Positions 28,901 through 43,650 of a stretch of 64,000 bases of DNA are shown here, piece by piece. Where the stretch lies: NCBI GenBank assembly GCA_964016885.1, contig OZ024741.1:32364001-32428000 (forward strand), read 5' to 3'. Made by a program: the position numbers and the translations under genes. Below the pieces are notes generated by a model that saw only the letters and a program-made list of their open reading frames with translations, did no database searches and was not told the origin of the DNA. Position 1 is the stretch's first letter. Each line of letters starts with the position of its first letter. The stretch is from Eledone cirrhosa (lineage: Eukaryota).

Positions 28901-31900
28901 TACATTTCGCAGTTGTTATACAGCATGGCTGTATAATATTTTTATTTATTCAAGATGTAATAAGCCTACATATCTCAATTGTCATACAACATGGCTGTAT
29001 AATATTTATATTTATTCCAGATGTAATAAGCCTACATATCTCAGTTGTTATACAACATGTCTGTATAATATTTGTATTTATTCCAGATGTAATAAGCCTA
29101 CATATCTCAGTTGTTATACAACTTGGCTGTATAATATTTGTATTTATTCCAGATGTAATATGCCTACATATCTCAGTTGTTATACAACATGGCTTTATAA
29201 TATTTGTATTTATTCCAGATGTAATAAACCTACATATCTCAGTTGTTATACAACATGTCTGTATAATATCTGTATTTATTCCAGATGTAATAAGCCTACA
29301 TATCTCAGATGTTATACAACATGGCTGTATAATATTTGTATTTATTCCAGATGTAATAAGCCAACATATCTCAGATGTTATACAAAATGGCTGTATAATA
29401 TTTGTATTTATTCCAGATCTAATAAGCCTACATATCTCAGTTTTTATACAACATGGCTGTATAATATTTGTACTTATTGCAGATGTAATAAGCCTACATA
29501 TCTCAGATGTTATACAACATGGCTGTATACTATTTGTATTTATTCCAGATGTAATAAGCCTACATATCTCAGATGTTATACAACATGGCTGTATAATATT
29601 TGTATTTATTCCAGATGTAATATGCCTACATATCTCAGTTGTTATACAACATGGCTGTATAATATTTGTATTTATTCCAGATGTAATAAATCTACATATC
29701 TTAGTTGTTATACAACATGTCTGTATAATATTTGTATTTATTCCAGATGTAATAAGCCGACCTATCTCAGTTGTTATACAACATGGCTGTATAATATTTG
29801 TATTTATTCCAGATGTAATAAGCCTACATATCTCAGTTGTTATACAACATGGCTGTATAATATTTGTATTTATTCCAGATGTAATAAGCCTACATATCTC
29901 AGATGTTATACAACATGGCTGTATAATATTTGTATTTATTCCAGATGTAATAAGCCTACATTTCGCAGTTGTTATACAGCATGGCTGTATACTATTTGTA
30001 TTTATTCCAGAAGTAATAAGCCTACATATCTCAGATGTTATACAACATGGCTGTATAATATTTGTATTTATTCCAGATGTAATAAGCCTACATTTCGCAG
30101 TTGTTATACAGCATGGCTGTATAATATTTGCATTTATTCAAGATGTAATAAGCCTACATATCTCAATTGTCATACAACATGGCTGTATAATATTTGTATT
30201 TATTCCAGATGTAATAAGCCTACATATCTCAGATGTTATACAACATGGCTGTATACTATTTGTATTTATTCCAGATGTAATAAGCCTACATATCTCAGAT
30301 GTTATACAACATGGCTGTATAATATTTGTATTTATTCTAGATGTAATAAGCCTACATATCTCAGATGTTATACAACATGGCTGTATCATATTTGTATTTA
30401 TTCTAGATGTAATAAGCCTACATATCTCAGTTGTTATACAACATGGCTGTATACTATTTGTATTTATTGCAGATGTAATAAGCCTACATATCTCAGTTGT
30501 TATACAACATGGCTGTATAATATTTGTATTTATTCCAGATGTAATAAGCCTACATATCTCAGTTTTTATACAACATGGCTGTATAATATTTGTAATTATT
30601 GCAGATGTAATAAGCCTACATATCTCAGTTGTTATACAACATGGCTGTATAATATTTGTATTTATTGCAGATGTAATAAGCCTACATATCTCAGATGTTA
30701 TACAACATAGCTGTATAATATTTGTATTTATTCCAGATGTAATAAGCCTACATATCTCAGATGTTATACAACATGGCTGTATCATATTTGAATTTATTCC
30801 AGATGTAATAAGCCTACATATCTCAGATGTTATACAACATGGCTGTATAATATTTGTATTTATTCTATATGTAATAAGCCTACATTTCGAAGTTGTTATA
30901 CAGCATGGCTGTATAATATTTGTATTTATTCCAGATGTAACAAGCCTACATATCTCAGATGTTATACAACATGGCTGTATAATATTTGTATTTATTCCAG
31001 ATGTAATAAGCCTACATTTAGCAGTTGTTATACAGCATGGCTGTATAATATTTGCATTTATTCAAGATGTAATAAGCCTACATATCTCAATTGTCATACA
31101 ACATGGCTGTATAATATTTGTATTTATTCCAGATTTAATAAGCCTACATATCTCAGTTGTTATACAACATGGCTGTATTCTATTTGTATTTATTCCAGAT
31201 CTAATAAGCCTACATATCTCAGATGTTATACAAGATGGCTGTATAATATTTGTATTTATTCCAGATGTAATAAGCCTACATATCTCAGATGTTATACAAC
31301 ATGGCTGTATCATACTTGAATTTATTCCAGATGTAATAAGCCTACATATCTCAGTTGTTATACAACATGGCTGTATAATATTTGTATTTATTGCAGATGT
31401 AATAAGCCTACATATCTCAGTTGTTATACAACATGGCTGTATAATATTTGTATTTATTCCAGATGTAATACGCCTACATATCTCAGTTGTTATACAACAT
31501 GGCTGTATAATATTTGTATTTAGTCCAGATGTAATAAGCCTACATATCTCAGTTTTTATACAACATGGCTGTATAATATTTGTAATTATTGCAGATGTAA
31601 TAAGCCTACATATCTCAGTTGTTATACAACATGGCTGTATAATATTTGTATTTATTCCAGATGTAATAAGCCTACATATCTCAGTTGTTATACAACATGG
31701 CTGTATAATATTTGTATTTATTCCAGATGTAATAAGCCTACATATCTCAGATGTTATACAACATGGCTGTACACTATTTGTATTTATTCCAGATGTAATA
31801 AGCCTACATATCTCAGATGTTATACAACATGGCTGTATAATATTTGTATTTATTCCAGATGTAATAAGCCTACATATCTCAGATGTTATACAACATGGCT

Positions 31901-34489
31901 GTATAATATTTGTATTTATTCCAGATGTAATAAGCCTACATATCTCAGTTTTTATACAACATGGCTGTATAATATTTGTATTTATTGCAGATGTAATAAG
32001 CCTACAAATCTCAGATGTTATACAACATGGCTGTATAATATTTGTATTTATTCCAGATGTAATAAGACTACATATCTCAGATGTTATACAACATGGCTGT
32101 ATAATATTTGTATTTATTCCAGATGTAATAAGCCTACATATCTCAGTTGTTATACAACATGTCTGTATAATATTTGTATTTATTCCAGATGTAATAAGCC
32201 TACATATCTCAGTTGTTATACAACATGGCTGTATAATATTTGTATTTATTCCAGATGTAATAAGCCTACATATCTCAGTTGTTATACAACATGGCTGTAT
32301 AATATTTGTATTTATTCCAGATGTAATAAGCCTACATATCTCAGATGTTATACAACATGGCTGTATAATATTTGTATTTATTCCAGATGTAATAAGCCTA
32401 CATTTCGCAGTTGTTATACAGCATTGCTGTATACTATTTGTATTTATTCCAGATGTAATAAGCCTACATATCTCAGATGTTATACAACATGGCTGTATAA
32501 TATTTGTATTTATTCCAGATGTAATAAGCCTACATTTCGCAGTTGTTATACAACATGGCTGTATAATATTTGTATTTATTCCAGATCTAATAAGCCTACA
32601 TATCTCAGTTTTTATACAACATGGCTGTATAATATTTGTAATTATTGCAGATGTAATAAGCCTACATATCTCAGTTGTTATACAACATGGCTGTATAATA
32701 TTTGTATTTATTCCAGATGTAATAAGCCTACATATCTCAGTTTTTATACAACATGGCTGTATAATATTTGTATTTATTGCAGATGTAATAAGCCTACATA
32801 TCTCAGATGTTATACAACATGGCTGTATACTATTTGTATTTATTCCAGATGTAATAAGCCTACATATCTCAGATGTTATACAACATGTCTGTATAATATT
32901 TGTATTTATTCCAGATGTAATAAGCCTACATATCTCAGTTGTTATACAACATGGCTGTATAATATTTGTATTTATTCCAGATGTAATATGCCTACATATC
33001 TCAGTTGTTATACAACATGGCTGTATAATATTAGTATTTATTCCAGATGTAATAAACCTACATATCTCAGTTGTTATACAACATGTCTGTATAATATCTG
33101 TATTTATTCCAGATGTAATAAGCCTACATATCTCAGTTGTTATACAACATGGCTGTATAATATTTGTATTTATTCCAGATGTAATATGCCTACATATCTC
33201 AGTTGTTATACAACATGGCTGTATAATATTTGTATTTATTCCAGATGTAATAAGCCTACATATCTCAGTTGTTATGCAACATGGCTGTATAATATTTGTA
33301 TTTATTCCAGATGTAATAAGCCTACATATCTCAGATGTTATACAACATGGCTGTATAATATTTGTATTTATTCCAGATGTAATAAGCCTACATTTCGCAG
33401 TTGTTATACAGCATGGCTGTATTATATTTGTATTTATTCCAGATGTAATAGGCCTACATATCTCAGATGTTATACAACATGGCTGTATAATATTTGTATT
33501 TATTCCATATGTAATAAGCCTACATTTCGCAGTTGTTATACAGCATGGCTGTATAATATTTGTATTTATTCAAGATGTAATACGCCTACATATCTCAATT
33601 GTCATACAACATGGCTGTATAATATTTGTATTTATTCCAGATGTAATAAGCCTACATATCTCAGTTGTTATACAACATGTCTGTATAATATTTGTATTTA
33701 TTCCAGATGTAATAAGCCTACATATCACAGTTGTTATACAAGTTGGCTGTATAATATTTGTATTTATTCCAGATATAATATGCCTACATATCTCAGTTGT
33801 TATACAACATGGCTGTATAATATTTGTATTTATTCCAGATGTAATAAACCTACATATCTCAGTTGTTATACAACATGTCTGTATAATATCTGTATTTATT
33901 CCAGATGTAATAAGCTTACATATCTCAGATGTTATACAACATGGCTGTATAATATTTGTATTTATTCCAGATGTAATAAGCCTACATATCTCAGATGTTA
34001 TACAAAATGGCTGTATAATATTTGTATTTATTCCAGATCTAATAAGCCTACATATCTCAGTTTTTATACAACATGGCTGTATAATATTTGTACTTATTGC
34101 AGATGTAATAAGCCTACATATCTCAGATGTTATACAACATGGCTGTATACTATTTGTATTTATTCCAGATGTAAAAAGCCTACATATCTCAGTTGTTATA
34201 CAACATGGCTGTATAATATTTGTATTTATTCCAGATGTAATAAGCCTACATATCTCAGTTGTTATACAACATGGCTGTATAATATTTGTATTTATTGCAG
34301 ATGTAATAAGCCTACATATCTCAGATGTTATACAACATGGCTGTAGACTATTTGTATTTATTCCAGATGTAATAAACCTACATATCTCAGATGTTATACA
34401 ACATGGCTGTATAATATTTGTATTTATTCCAGATGTAATAAGCCTACATATCTCAGATGTTATACAACATGGCTGTATAATATTTGTAT

Positions 34490-37260
34490 TTATTCCAGAT
34501 CTAATAAGCCTACATATCTCAGATTTTATACAACATGGCTGTATAATATTTGTACTTATTGCAGATGTAATAAGCCTACATATCTCAGATGTTATACAAC
34601 ATGGCTGTATACTATTTGTATTTATTCCAGATGTAATAAGCCTACATATCTCAGATGTTATACAACATGGCTGTATAATATTTGTATTTATTCCAGATGT
34701 AATATGCCTACATATCACAGTTGTTATACAACATGGCTGTATAATATTTGTATTTATTCCAGATGTAATAAATCTACATATCTCAGTTGTTATACAACAT
34801 GTCTGTATAATATTTGTATTTATTCCAGATGTAATAAGCCTACATATCTCAGTTGTTATACAACATGGCTGTATAATATTTGTATTTATTCCAGATGTAA
34901 TATGCCTACATATCTCAGTTTTTATACAACATGGCTGTATAATATTTGTATTTATTGCAGATGTAATAAGCCTACATATCTCAGTTGTTATACAACATGT
35001 CTGTATAATATTTGTATTTATTCCAGATGTAATAAGCCTACATATCTCAGTTGTTATACAACATGGCTGTATAATATTTGTATTTATTCCAGATGTAATA
35101 AGCCTACATATCTCAGTTGTTATACAACATGTCTGTATAATATTTGTATTTATTCCAGATGTAATAAGCCTACATATCTCAGTTGTTATACAACATGGCT
35201 GTATAATAATTGTATTTATTCCAGATGTAATATGCCTACATATCTCAGTTGTTATACAACATGGCTGTATAATATTAGTATTTATTCCAGATGTAATAAA
35301 CCTACATATCTCAGTTGTTATACAACATGTCTGTATAATATCTGTATTTATTCCAGATGTAATAAGCCTACATATCTCAGTTGTTATACAACATGGCTGT
35401 ATAATATTTGTATTTATTCCAGATGTAATATGCCTACATATCTCAGTTGTTATACAACATGGCTGTATAATATTTGTATTTATTCCAGATGTAATAAGCC
35501 TACATATCTCAGTTGTTATGCAACATGGCTGTATAATATTTGTATTTATTCCAGATGTAATAAGCCTACATATCTCAGATGTTATACAACATGGCTGTAT
35601 AATATTTGTATTTATTCCAGATGTAATAAGCCTACATTTCGCAGTTGTTATACAGCATGGCTGTATAATATTTGTATTTATTCCAGATGTAATAAGCCTA
35701 CATATCTCAGATGTTATACAACATGGCTGTATAATATTTGTATTTATTCCATATGTAATAAGCCTACATTTCGCAGTTGTTATACAGCATGGCTGTATAA
35801 TATTTGTATTTATTCAAGATGTAATAAGCCTACATATCTCAATTGTCATACAACATGGCTGTATAATATTTATATTTATTCCAGATCTAATAAGCCTACA
35901 TATCTCAGATTTTATACAACATGGCTGTATAATATTTGTACTTATTGCAGATGTAATAAGCCTACATATCTCAGATGTTATACAACATGGCTGTATACTA
36001 TTTGTATTTATTCCAGATGTAATAAGCCTACATATCTCAGATGTTATACAACATGGCTGTATAATATTTGTATTTATTCCAGATGTAATATGCCTACATA
36101 TCACAGTTGTTATACAACATGGCTGTATAATATTTGTATTTATTCCAGATGTAATAAATCTACATATCTCAGTTGTTATACAACATGTCTGTATAATATT
36201 TGTATTTATTCCAGATGTAATAAGCCTACATATCTCAGTTGTTATACAACATGGCTGTATAATATTTGTATTTATTCCAGATGTAATATGCCTACATATC
36301 TCAGTTTTTATACAACATGGCTGTATAATATTTGTATTTATTGCAGATGTAATAAGCCTACATATCTCAGTTGTTATACAACATGTCTGTATAATATTTG
36401 TATTTATTCCAGATGTAATAAGCCTACATATCTCAGTTGTTATACAACATGGCTGTATAATATTTGTATTTATTCCAGATGTAATAAGCCTACATATCTC
36501 AGTTGTTATACAACATGTCTGTATAATATTTGTATTTATTCCAGATGTAATAAGCCTACATATCTCAGTTGTTATACAACATGGCTGTATAATAATTGTA
36601 TTTATTCCAGATGTAATATGCCTACATATCTCAGTTGTTATACAACATGGCTGTATAATATTAGTATTTATTCCAGATGTAATAAACCTACATATCTCAG
36701 TTGTTATACAACATGTCTGTATAATATCTGTATTTATTCCAGATGTAATAAGCCTACATATCTCAGTTGTTATACAACATGGCTGTATAATATTTGTATT
36801 TATTCCAGATGTAATATGCCTACATATCTCAGTTGTTATACAACATGGCTGTATAATATTTGTATTTATTCCAGATGTAATAAGCCTACATATCTCAGTT
36901 GTTATGCAACATGGCTGTATAATATTTGTATTTATTCCAGATGTAATAAGCCTACATATCTCAGATGTTATACAACATGGCTGTATAATATTTGTATTTA
37001 TTCCAGATGTAATAAGCCTACATTTCGCAGTTGTTATACAGCATGGCTGTATAATATTTGTATTTATTCCAGATGTAATAAGCCTACATATCTCAGATGT
37101 TATACAACATGGCTGTATAATATTTGTATTTATTCCATATGTAATAAGCCTACATTTCGCAGTTGTTATACAGCATGGCTGTATAATATTTGTATTTATT
37201 CAAGATGTAATAAGCCTACATATCTCAATTGTCATACAACATGGCTGTATAATATTTATA
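34490..37260. repeat. Tandem 1386-bp (21-monomer) duplication
   Basis: The TGCCTACATATCACAG marker occurs at ~34705 and ~36091, followed by the same variant order in both copies. Confidence 0.88.
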
Positions 37261-40200
37261 TTTATTCCAGATGTAATAAGCCTACATATCTCAGTTGTTA
37301 TACAACATGTCTGTATAATATTTGTATTTATTCCAGATGTAATAAGCCTACATATCTCAGTTGTTATACAACTTGGCTGTATAATATTTGTATTTATTCC
37401 AGATGTAATATGCCTACATATCTCAGTTGTTATACAACATGGCTTTATAATATTTGTATTTATTCCAGATGTAATAAACCTACATATCTCAGTTGTTATA
37501 CAACATGTCTGTATAATATCTGTATTTATTCCAGATGTAATAAGCCTACATATCTCAGATGTTATACAACATGGCTGTATAATATTTGTATTTATTCCAG
37601 ATGTAATAAGCCAACATATCTCAGATGTTATACAAAATGGCTGTATAATATTTGTATTTATTCCAGATCTAATAAGCCTACATATCTCAGTTTTTATACA
37701 ACATGGCTGTATAATATTTGTACTTATTGCAGATGTAATAAGCCTACATATCTCAGATGTTATACAACATGGCTGTATACTATTTGTATTTATTCCAGAT
37801 GTAATAAGCCTACATATCTCAGATGTTATACAACATGGCTGTATAATATTTGTATTTATTCCAGATGTAATATGCCTACATATCTCAGTTGTTATACAAC
37901 ATGGCTGTATAATATTTGTATTTATTCCAGATGTAATAAATCTACATATCTTAGTTGTTATACAACATGTCTGTATAATATTTGTATTTATTCCAGATGT
38001 AATAAGCCGACCTATCTCAGTTGTTATACAACATGGCTGTATAATATTTGTATTTATTCCAGATGTAATAAGCCTACATATCTCAGTTGTTATACAACAT
38101 GGCTGTATAATATTTGTATTTATTCCAGATGTAATAAGCCTACATATCTCAGATGTTATACAACATGGCTGTATAATATTTGTATTTATTCCAGATGTAA
38201 TAAGCCTACATTTCGCAGTTGTTATACAGCATGGCTGTATACTATTTGTATTTATTCCAGAAGTAATAAGCCTACATATCTCAGATGTTATACAACATGG
38301 CTGTATAATATTTGTATTTATTCCAGATGTAATAAGCCTACATTTCGCAGTTGTTATACAGCATGGCTGTATAATATTTGCATTTATTCAAGATGTAATA
38401 AGCCTACATATCTCAATTGTCATACAACATGGCTGTATAATATTTGTATTTATTCCAGATGTAATAAGCCTACATATCTCAGATGTTATACAACATGGCT
38501 GTATACTATTTGTATTTATTCCAGATGTAATAAGCCTACATATCTCAGATGTTATACAACATGGCTGTATAATATTTGTATTTATTCTAGATGTAATAAG
38601 CCTACATATCTCAGATGTTATACAACATGGCTGTATCATATTTGTATTTATTCTAGATGTAATAAGCCTACATATCTCAGTTGTTATACAACATGGCTGT
38701 ATACTATTTGTATTTATTGCAGATGTAATAAGCCTACATATCTCAGTTGTTATACAACATGGCTGTATAATATTTGTATTTATTCCAGATGTAATAAGCC
38801 TACATATCTCAGTTTTTATACAACATGGCTGTATAATATTTGTAATTATTGCAGATGTAATAAGCCTACATATCTCAGTTGTTATACAACATGGCTGTAT
38901 AATATTTGTATTTATTGCAGATGTAATAAGCCTACATATCTCAGATGTTATACAACATAGCTGTATAATATTTGTATTTATTCCAGATGTAATAAGCCTA
39001 CATATCTCAGATGTTATACAACATGGCTGTATCATATTTGAATTTATTCCAGATGTAATAAGCCTACATATCTCAGATGTTATACAACATGGCTGTATAA
39101 TATTTGTATTTATTCTATATGTAATAAGCCTACATTTCGAAGTTGTTATACAGCATGGCTGTATAATATTTGTATTTATTCCAGATGTAATAAGCCTACA
39201 TATCTCAGATGTTATACAACATGGCTGTATAATATTTGTATTTATTCCAGATGTAATAAGCCTACATTTAGCAGTTGTTATACAGCATGGCTGTATAATA
39301 TTTGCATTTATTCAAGATGTAATAAGCCTACATATCTCAATTGTCATACAACATGGCTGTATAATATTTGTATTTATTCCAGATGTAATAAGCCTACATA
39401 TCTCAGTTGTTATACAACATGGCTGTATTCTATTTGTATTTATTCCAGATCTAATAAGCCTACATATCTCAGATGTTATACAAGATGGCTGTATAATATT
39501 TGTATTTATTCCAGATGTAATAAGCCTACATATCTCAGATGTTATACAACATGGCTGTATCATACTTGAATTTATTCCAGATGTAATAAGCCTACATATC
39601 TCAGTTGTTATACAACATGGCTGTATAATATTTGTATTTATTGCAGATGTAATAAGCCTACATATCTCAGTTGTTATACAACATGGCTGTATAATATTTG
39701 TATTTATTCCATATGTAATAAGACTACATTTCGCAGTTGTTATACAGCATGGCTGTATAATATTTGTATTTATTCAAGATGTAATAAGCCTACATATCTC
39801 AATTGTCATACAACATGGCTGTATAATATTTATATTTATTCCAGATCTAATAAGCCTACATATCTCAGATTTTATACAACATGGCTGTATAATATTTGTA
39901 CTTATTGCAGATGTAATAAGCCTACATATCTCAGATGTTATACAACATGGCTGTATACTATTTGTATTTATTCCAGATGTAATAAGCCTACATATCTCAG
40001 ATGTTATACAACATGGCTGTATAATATTTGTATTTATTCCAGATGTAATATGCCTACATATCACAGTTGTTATACAACATGGCTGTATAATATTTGTATT
40101 TATTCCAGATGTAATAAATCTACATATCTCAGTTGTTATACAACATGTCTGTATAATATTTGTATTTATTCCAGATGTAATAAGCCTACATATCTCAGTT

Positions 40201-43200
40201 GTTATACAACATGGCTGTATAATATTTGTATTTATTCCAGATGTAATATGCCTACATATCTCAGTTTTTATACAACATGGCTGTATAATATTTGTATTTA
40301 TTGCAGATGTAATAAGCCTACATATCCCAGTTGTTATACAACATGTCTGTATAATATTTGTATTTATTCCAGATGTAATAAGCCTACATATCTCAGTTGT
40401 TATACAACATGGCTGTATAATATTTGTATTTATTCCAGATGTAATAAGCCTACATATCTCAGTTGTTATACAACATGTCTGTATAATATTTGTATTTATT
40501 CCAGATGTAATAAGCCTACATATCTCAGTTGTTATACAACATGGCTGTATAATAATTGTATTTATTCCAGATGTAATATGCCTACATATCTCAGTTGTTA
40601 TACAACATGGCTGTATAATATTAGTATTTATTCCAGATGTAATAAACCTACATATCTCAGTTGTTATACAACATGTCTGTATAATATCTGTATTTATTCC
40701 AGATGTAATAAGCCTACATATCTCAGTTGTTATACAACATGGCTGTATAATATTTGTATTTATTCCAGATGTAATATGCCTACATATCTCAGTTGTTATA
40801 CAACATGGCTGTATAATATTTGTATTTATTCCAGATGTAATAAGCCTACATATCTCAGTTGTTATGCAACATGGCTGTATAATATTTGTATTTATTCCAG
40901 ATGTAATAAGCCTACATATCTCAGATGTTATACAACATGGCTGTATAATATTTGTATTTATTCCAGATGTAATAAGCCTACATTTCGCAGTTGTTATACA
41001 GCATGGCTGTATAATATTTGTATTTATTCCAGATGTAATAAGCCTACATATCTCAGATGTTATACAACATGGCTGTATAATATTTGTATTTATTCCATAT
41101 GTAATAAGCCTACATTTCGCAGTTGTTATACAGCATGGCTGTATAATATTTGTATTTATTCAAGATGTAATAAGCCTACATATCTCAATTGTCATACAAC
41201 ATGGCTGTATAATATTTATATTTATTCCAGATGTAATAAGCCTACATATCTCAGTTGTTATACAACATGTCTGTATAATATTTGTATTTATTCCAGATGT
41301 AATAAGCCTACATATCTCAGTTGTTATACAACTTGGCTGTATAATATTTGTATTTATTCCAGATGTAATATGCCTACATATCTCAGTTGTTATACAACAT
41401 GGCTTTATAATATTTGTATTTATTCCAGATGTAATAAACCTACATATCTCAGTTGTTATACAACATGTCTGTATAATATCTGTATTTATTCCAGATGTAA
41501 TAAGCCTACATATCTCAGATGTTATACAACATGGCTGTATAATATTTGTATTTATTCCAGATGTAATAAGCCAACATATCTCAGATGTTATACAAAATGG
41601 CTGTATAATATTTGTATTTATTCCAGATCTAATAAGCCTACATATCTCAGTTTTTATACAACATGGCTGTATAATATTTGTACTTATTGCAGATGTAATA
41701 AGCCTACATATCTCAGATGTTATACAACATGGCTGTATACTATTTGTATTTATTCCAGATGTAATAAGCCTACATATCTCAGATGTTATACAACATGGCT
41801 GTATAATATTTGTATTTATTCCAGATGTAATATGCCTACATATCTCAGTTGTTATACAACATGGCTGTATAATATTTGTATTTATTCCAGATGTAATAAA
41901 TCTACATATCTTAGTTGTTATACAACATGTCTGTATAATATTTGTATTTATTCCAGATGTAATAAGCCGACCTATCTCAGTTGTTATACAACATGGCTGT
42001 ATAATATTTGTATTTATTCCAGATGTAATAAGCCTACATATCTCAGTTGTTATACAACATGGCTGTATAATATTTGTATTTATTCCAGATGTAATAAGCC
42101 TACATATCTCAGATGTTATACAACATGGCTGTATAATATTTGTATTTATTCCAGATGTAATAAGCCTACATTTCGCAGTTGTTATACAGCATGGCTGTAT
42201 ACTATTTGTATTTATTCCAGAAGTAATAAGCCTACATATCTCAGATGTTATACAACATGGCTGTATAATATTTGTATTTATTCCAGATGTAATAAGCCTA
42301 CATTTCGCAGTTGTTATACAGCATGGCTGTATAATATTTGCATTTATTCAAGATGTAATAAGCCTACATATCTCAATTGTCATACAACATGGCTGTATAA
42401 TATTTGTATTTATTCCAGATGTAATAAGCCTACATATCTCAGATGTTATACAACATGGCTGTATACTATTTGTATTTATTCCAGATGTAATAAGCCTACA
42501 TATCTCAGATGTTATACAACATGGCTGTATAATATTTGTATTTATTCTAGATGTAATAAGCCTACATATCTCAGATGTTATACAACATGGCTGTATCATA
42601 TTTGTATTTATTCTAGATGTAATAAGCCTACATATCTCAGTTGTTATACAACATGGCTGTATACTATTTGTATTTATTGCAGATGTAATAAGCCTACATA
42701 TCTCAGTTGTTATACAACATGGCTGTATAATATTTGTATTTATTCCAGATGTAATAAGCCTACATATCTCAGTTTTTATACAACATGGCTGTATAATATT
42801 TGTAATTATTGCAGATGTAATAAGCCTACATATCTCAGTTGTTATACAACATGGCTGTATAATATTTGTATTTATTGCAGATGTAATAAGCCTACATATC
42901 TCAGATGTTATACAACATAGCTGTATAATATTTGTATTTATTCCAGATGTAATAAGCCTACATATCTCAGATGTTATACAACATGGCTGTATCATATTTG
43001 AATTTATTCCAGATGTAATAAGCCTACATATCTCAGATGTTATACAACATGGCTGTATAATATTTGTATTTATTCTATATGTAATAAGCCTACATTTCGA
43101 AGTTGTTATACAGCATGGCTGTATAATATTTGTATTTATTCCAGATGTAATAAGCCTACATATCTCAGATGTTATACAACATGGCTGTATAATATTTGTA

Positions 43201-43650
43201 TTTATTCCAGATGTAATAAGCCTACATTTAGCAGTTGTTATACAGCATGGCTGTATAATATTTGCATTTATTCAAGATGTAATAAGCCTACATATCTCAA
43301 TTGTCATACAACATGGCTGTATAATATTTGTATTTATTCCAGATGTAATAAGCCTACATATCTCAGTTGTTATACAACATGGCTGTATTCTATTTGTATT
43401 TATTCCAGATCTAATAAGCCTACATATCTCAGATGTTATACAAGATGGCTGTATAATATTTGTATTTATTCCAGATGTAATAAGCCTACATATCTCAGAT
43501 GTTATACAACATGGCTGTATCATACTTGAATTTATTCCAGATGTAATAAGCCTACATATCTCAGTTGTTATACAACATGGCTGTATAATATTTGTATTTA
43601 TTGCAGATGTAATAAGCCTACATATCTCAGTTGTTATAGAACATGGCTGT
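35730..43650. repeat. Tandem 3960-bp (60-monomer) near-identical duplication
   Basis: ORFs 35814/39774, 38388/42348 and 39312/43272 are offset by 3960. The lines match almost exactly; I noticed only isolated differences (e.g. ~40327, ~43639). Confidence 0.92.
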
